Source of the DNA: Desulfotalea psychrophila LSv54
GTDB lineage: Bacteria > Desulfobacterota > Desulfobulbia > Desulfobulbales > Desulfocapsaceae
DNA: 32,000 bases
Assembly: GCF_000025945.1 (NCBI RefSeq)
Contig: NC_006138.1
Span: 3,450,001 to 3,482,000 of the forward strand
Reading direction: 5' to 3'
Shown: positions 30,093 to 32,000 of the stretch, in pieces
How the letters are laid out: each line of letters starts with the position of its first letter
How positions within the stretch are numbered: the first letter of the stretch is position 1
The notes under the pieces: generated by a model
The model's input: the letters and a program-made list of their open reading frames with translations, nothing else
What the model was told of the DNA's origin: nothing
Database searches by the model: none
Position numbers and translations under genes: made by a program

Positions 30093-30770
30093 TCAATTCT
30101 GACAACATTTACCACGAAAATCCTCCATTATCTCCTCTGCATCAATCTGCTTTGGCAGATGACAATACAATATTTTCGACAAATTCGCCCAACTTTCACT
30201 CTTTATACAGTCCACAAGATCATCGTCCAGCAGCTTGCGAAACATCTTTTGGTTATGACCAACATCAAGGCCCGCCGCAAGTGCTTTTTTACGGATGATG
30301 GCAAGCAAACAGAGACTGTACTCATACTCATCACCAAACTCATCCTCAAGCTTTTGCCGAATAAAACGGGAAAAGGCAGGGCTGCCGCCGTCGGTGGAAA
30401 TCGCCAACTGAAAGCCTCCCCGGCAAAAATAAGCCGGTAACTGAAAATCACAGAGCTCCGGACTATCAGCACTATTGAGCAGAGCACCATACTTTCTGGC
30501 ATCGGCTGCGGCCACGGCCTGCACCTCCACCTGATCGGTGGCGGCAAAAACTAAAAACGCCCCCGAGGCATCACCCTGCTGAAAGCCACGTAACAACAGC
30601 TCTATCTGGCCACCACCCGCAAGCGCCTGTACCTCAGGGACAACCTCCGGAGCAACAACCCGTACCCGGGCCCCATGCTCAACAAGATTACGAATTTTTC
30701 GCAGGGCAACCCGACCACCGCCAACGACAAGACAGAGCCTGCCGGCCACATTTAAATTAACAGGATACAA
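30093..30770 (-). CDS. Precorrin-2 dehydrogenase/sirohydrochlorin ferrochelatase (CysG N-terminal/Met8 type)
   Basis: MYPVNLNVAGRLCLVVGGGRVALRKIRNLVEHGARVRVVAPEVVPEV...LLNSADSPELCDFQLPAYFCRGGFQLAISTDGGSPAFSRFIRQKLE. Confidence 0.94.
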   Translation of the reverse strand: MYPVNLNVAGRLCLVVGGGRVALRKIRNLVEHGARVRVVAPEVVPEVQALAGGGQIELLLRGFQQGDASGAFLVFAATDQVEVQAVAAADARKYGALLNSADSPELCDFQLPAYFCRGGFQLAISTDGGSPAFSRFIRQKLEDEFGDEYEYSLCLLAIIRKKALAAGLDVGHNQKMFRKLLDDDLVDCIKSESWANLSKILYCHLPKQIDAEEIMEDFRGKCCQN

Positions 30771-30779
30771 GAAAGACCC

Positions 30780-31532
30780 TTATTTCTTAAAGGTTAAACG
30801 ATTAACTATAATAACAATATCCTTACCCTCTTTTTTGAATTCCTGTTTGTTTATAGCAATATCAAAATCATTTTTAGCAAGTTGAAGAAACTTCGGCAAA
30901 TTTCTACGACTGGCATCATGGGCAAGCCAAATAGCTCCATCCGGCTTAAGATGCTTTTTAAACACGTTCAAGAGAGGCTCAAAAAATTCCTCTCGAAAAA
31001 CCACCTCGGCTGCGGCAAGTATATCATATTGTTTCAACTCTGGAGGGGCAAACCAATCAAACAGAGCAAAATTAACATTTGTCAGGCCTGAAGCGGCAGC
31101 GCTCACCCGTTGAAAATCAACGATCATCTCTTCATAATCAGTAATGGTAACATCCATTCCAGCGGAGGCAGCGGCAAGCCCCGGTGCACCAAGCCCTGCA
31201 CCCAATTCAAGAAGAGTCTTGCCCTGAGGTTGAGGCAGAGAGGTGAGCAGGTAGGAGAGGACAATAGCCGCGTCCCACAGACGAATCCAAAAAGGAAAAT
31301 CCGACACATCGGTATCCTGCAAGGTCTGCAAAAACTCCTGAGGATCACTCATCTTTCCCCGAAGAAATTTTTCAAGTTGGGGATTATCACCTATAAATTC
31401 ACCCAAATCGGCAATTTTAAGAAGGCGAAGGGTTTTATCTTTGACGGTGAGCTTATCAAAGGTCAAGCGATACTTCTTTTTTATTCTATTATATATCTCA
31501 CGTTCCGCATCGGGAAGATTTCGAATATCCAT
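30780..31532 (-). CDS. Class I SAM-dependent methyltransferase (METTL21/23-like, lysine methyltransferase-type)
   Basis: LLELGAGLGAPGLAAASAGMDVTITDYEEMIVDFQRVSAAAS...YDILAAAEVVFREEFFEPLLNVFKKHLKPDGAIWLAHD. Confidence 0.8.
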   Translation of the reverse strand: MDIRNLPDAEREIYNRIKKKYRLTFDKLTVKDKTLRLLKIADLGEFIGDNPQLEKFLRGKMSDPQEFLQTLQDTDVSDFPFWIRLWDAAIVLSYLLTSLPQPQGKTLLELGAGLGAPGLAAASAGMDVTITDYEEMIVDFQRVSAAASGLTNVNFALFDWFAPPELKQYDILAAAEVVFREEFFEPLLNVFKKHLKPDGAIWLAHDASRRNLPKFLQLAKNDFDIAINKQEFKKEGKDIVIIVNRLTFKK

Positions 31533-31712
31533 AAATAACACCTTGAAAAATTTATAAAAATAAAAAAATAACACCAATAATCATGAAGGCTACAGGAAGA
31601 GTAATACCCAAACCACTGTAATTTATTTTCCCTATTAGCTCCGGGAAGAAAATTTATGACATAAGCTGAAATGCCAGAAACAACTCAAGCCACGGCCCTC
31701 TTCAATAATTCA

Positions 31713-31746
31713 CAAAAAAAGGCCGGCTGAATAAAAAACAGCCGGC
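31713..31746 (-). terminator. Rho-independent terminator after the tlpA-like gene
   Basis: GCCGGCTG (31722-31729) / CAGCCGGC (31739-31746), followed on the minus strand by ccTTTTTTT. Confidence 0.85.
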
Positions 31747-31798
31747 GAGGCAAAATACATAAGTTATGTTGTTCTGTCAATTTAAGGCTAGGGAAGGA

Positions 31799-32000
31799 TC
31801 AATAGCTTTCTAGAGAAGGGGGATAATATCTTTTTCAAGCTGCTCTTCGGGAACATATCCTGTGTAACGCTTAACAACATTCCCCAGACGATTAACCAAA
31901 AAGCCAACGGGAATACCATAAATTCCGCCGAAATCACGCATTACCTGCTGATCAGCCATGAGTACAGGGTAGTTAATTCCCTTGCTACTGACAAAATCTT
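31799..32000 (-). CDS. TlpA/ResA-like thioredoxin-family protein, C-terminal fragment (5' part outside the window)
   Basis: Manual translation: DFVSSKGINYPVLMADQQVMRDFGGIYGIPVGFLVNRLGNVVKRYTGYVPEEQLEKDIIPPSLESY*. Confidence 0.8.

Overview
The window looks like the chromosome of a sulfate-reducing deltaproteobacterium. This rests on a complete dsrMKJOP locus; the style resembles Desulfotalea/Desulfobulbales, but no database search was run. Nearly all genes lie on the minus strand. In + coordinate order the window holds: a TRAP transporter (fused DctQM running off the left edge, two tandem near-identical DctP lipoproteins) with a PAS/AAA+ sigma54 regulator; a Bax-type glucosaminidase; aroC (+); a ClC channel with CBS and TrkA_C-like domains (+); a znuACB-like metal ABC operon (+); a structured intergenic region (7 x 42-bp tandem array, long hairpins, 166-bp nested inverted-repeat element); a selenium-type molybdenum hydroxylase operon (FAD, 2Fe2S and Mo subunits, YqeC, MocA-like transferase); a flavodoxin-like gene; dsrP-O-J-K-M plus an RsbRD-type gene; a Tsp/Prc protease; a small unknown gene; hemA; a CcsA-like gene; a siroheme synthase N-terminal-type gene; a methyltransferase; and a partial TlpA-like protein. 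The two strongest leads are (1) dsrO, interrupted by one in-frame UGA that is the first codon of a perfect 7-bp hairpin, with the reading frame intact on both sides, and (2) seven 42-bp tandem units carrying TATACA-N2-TGTATA palindromes at an exact four-helical-turn pitch. No clear new defence system or CRISPR array was seen.
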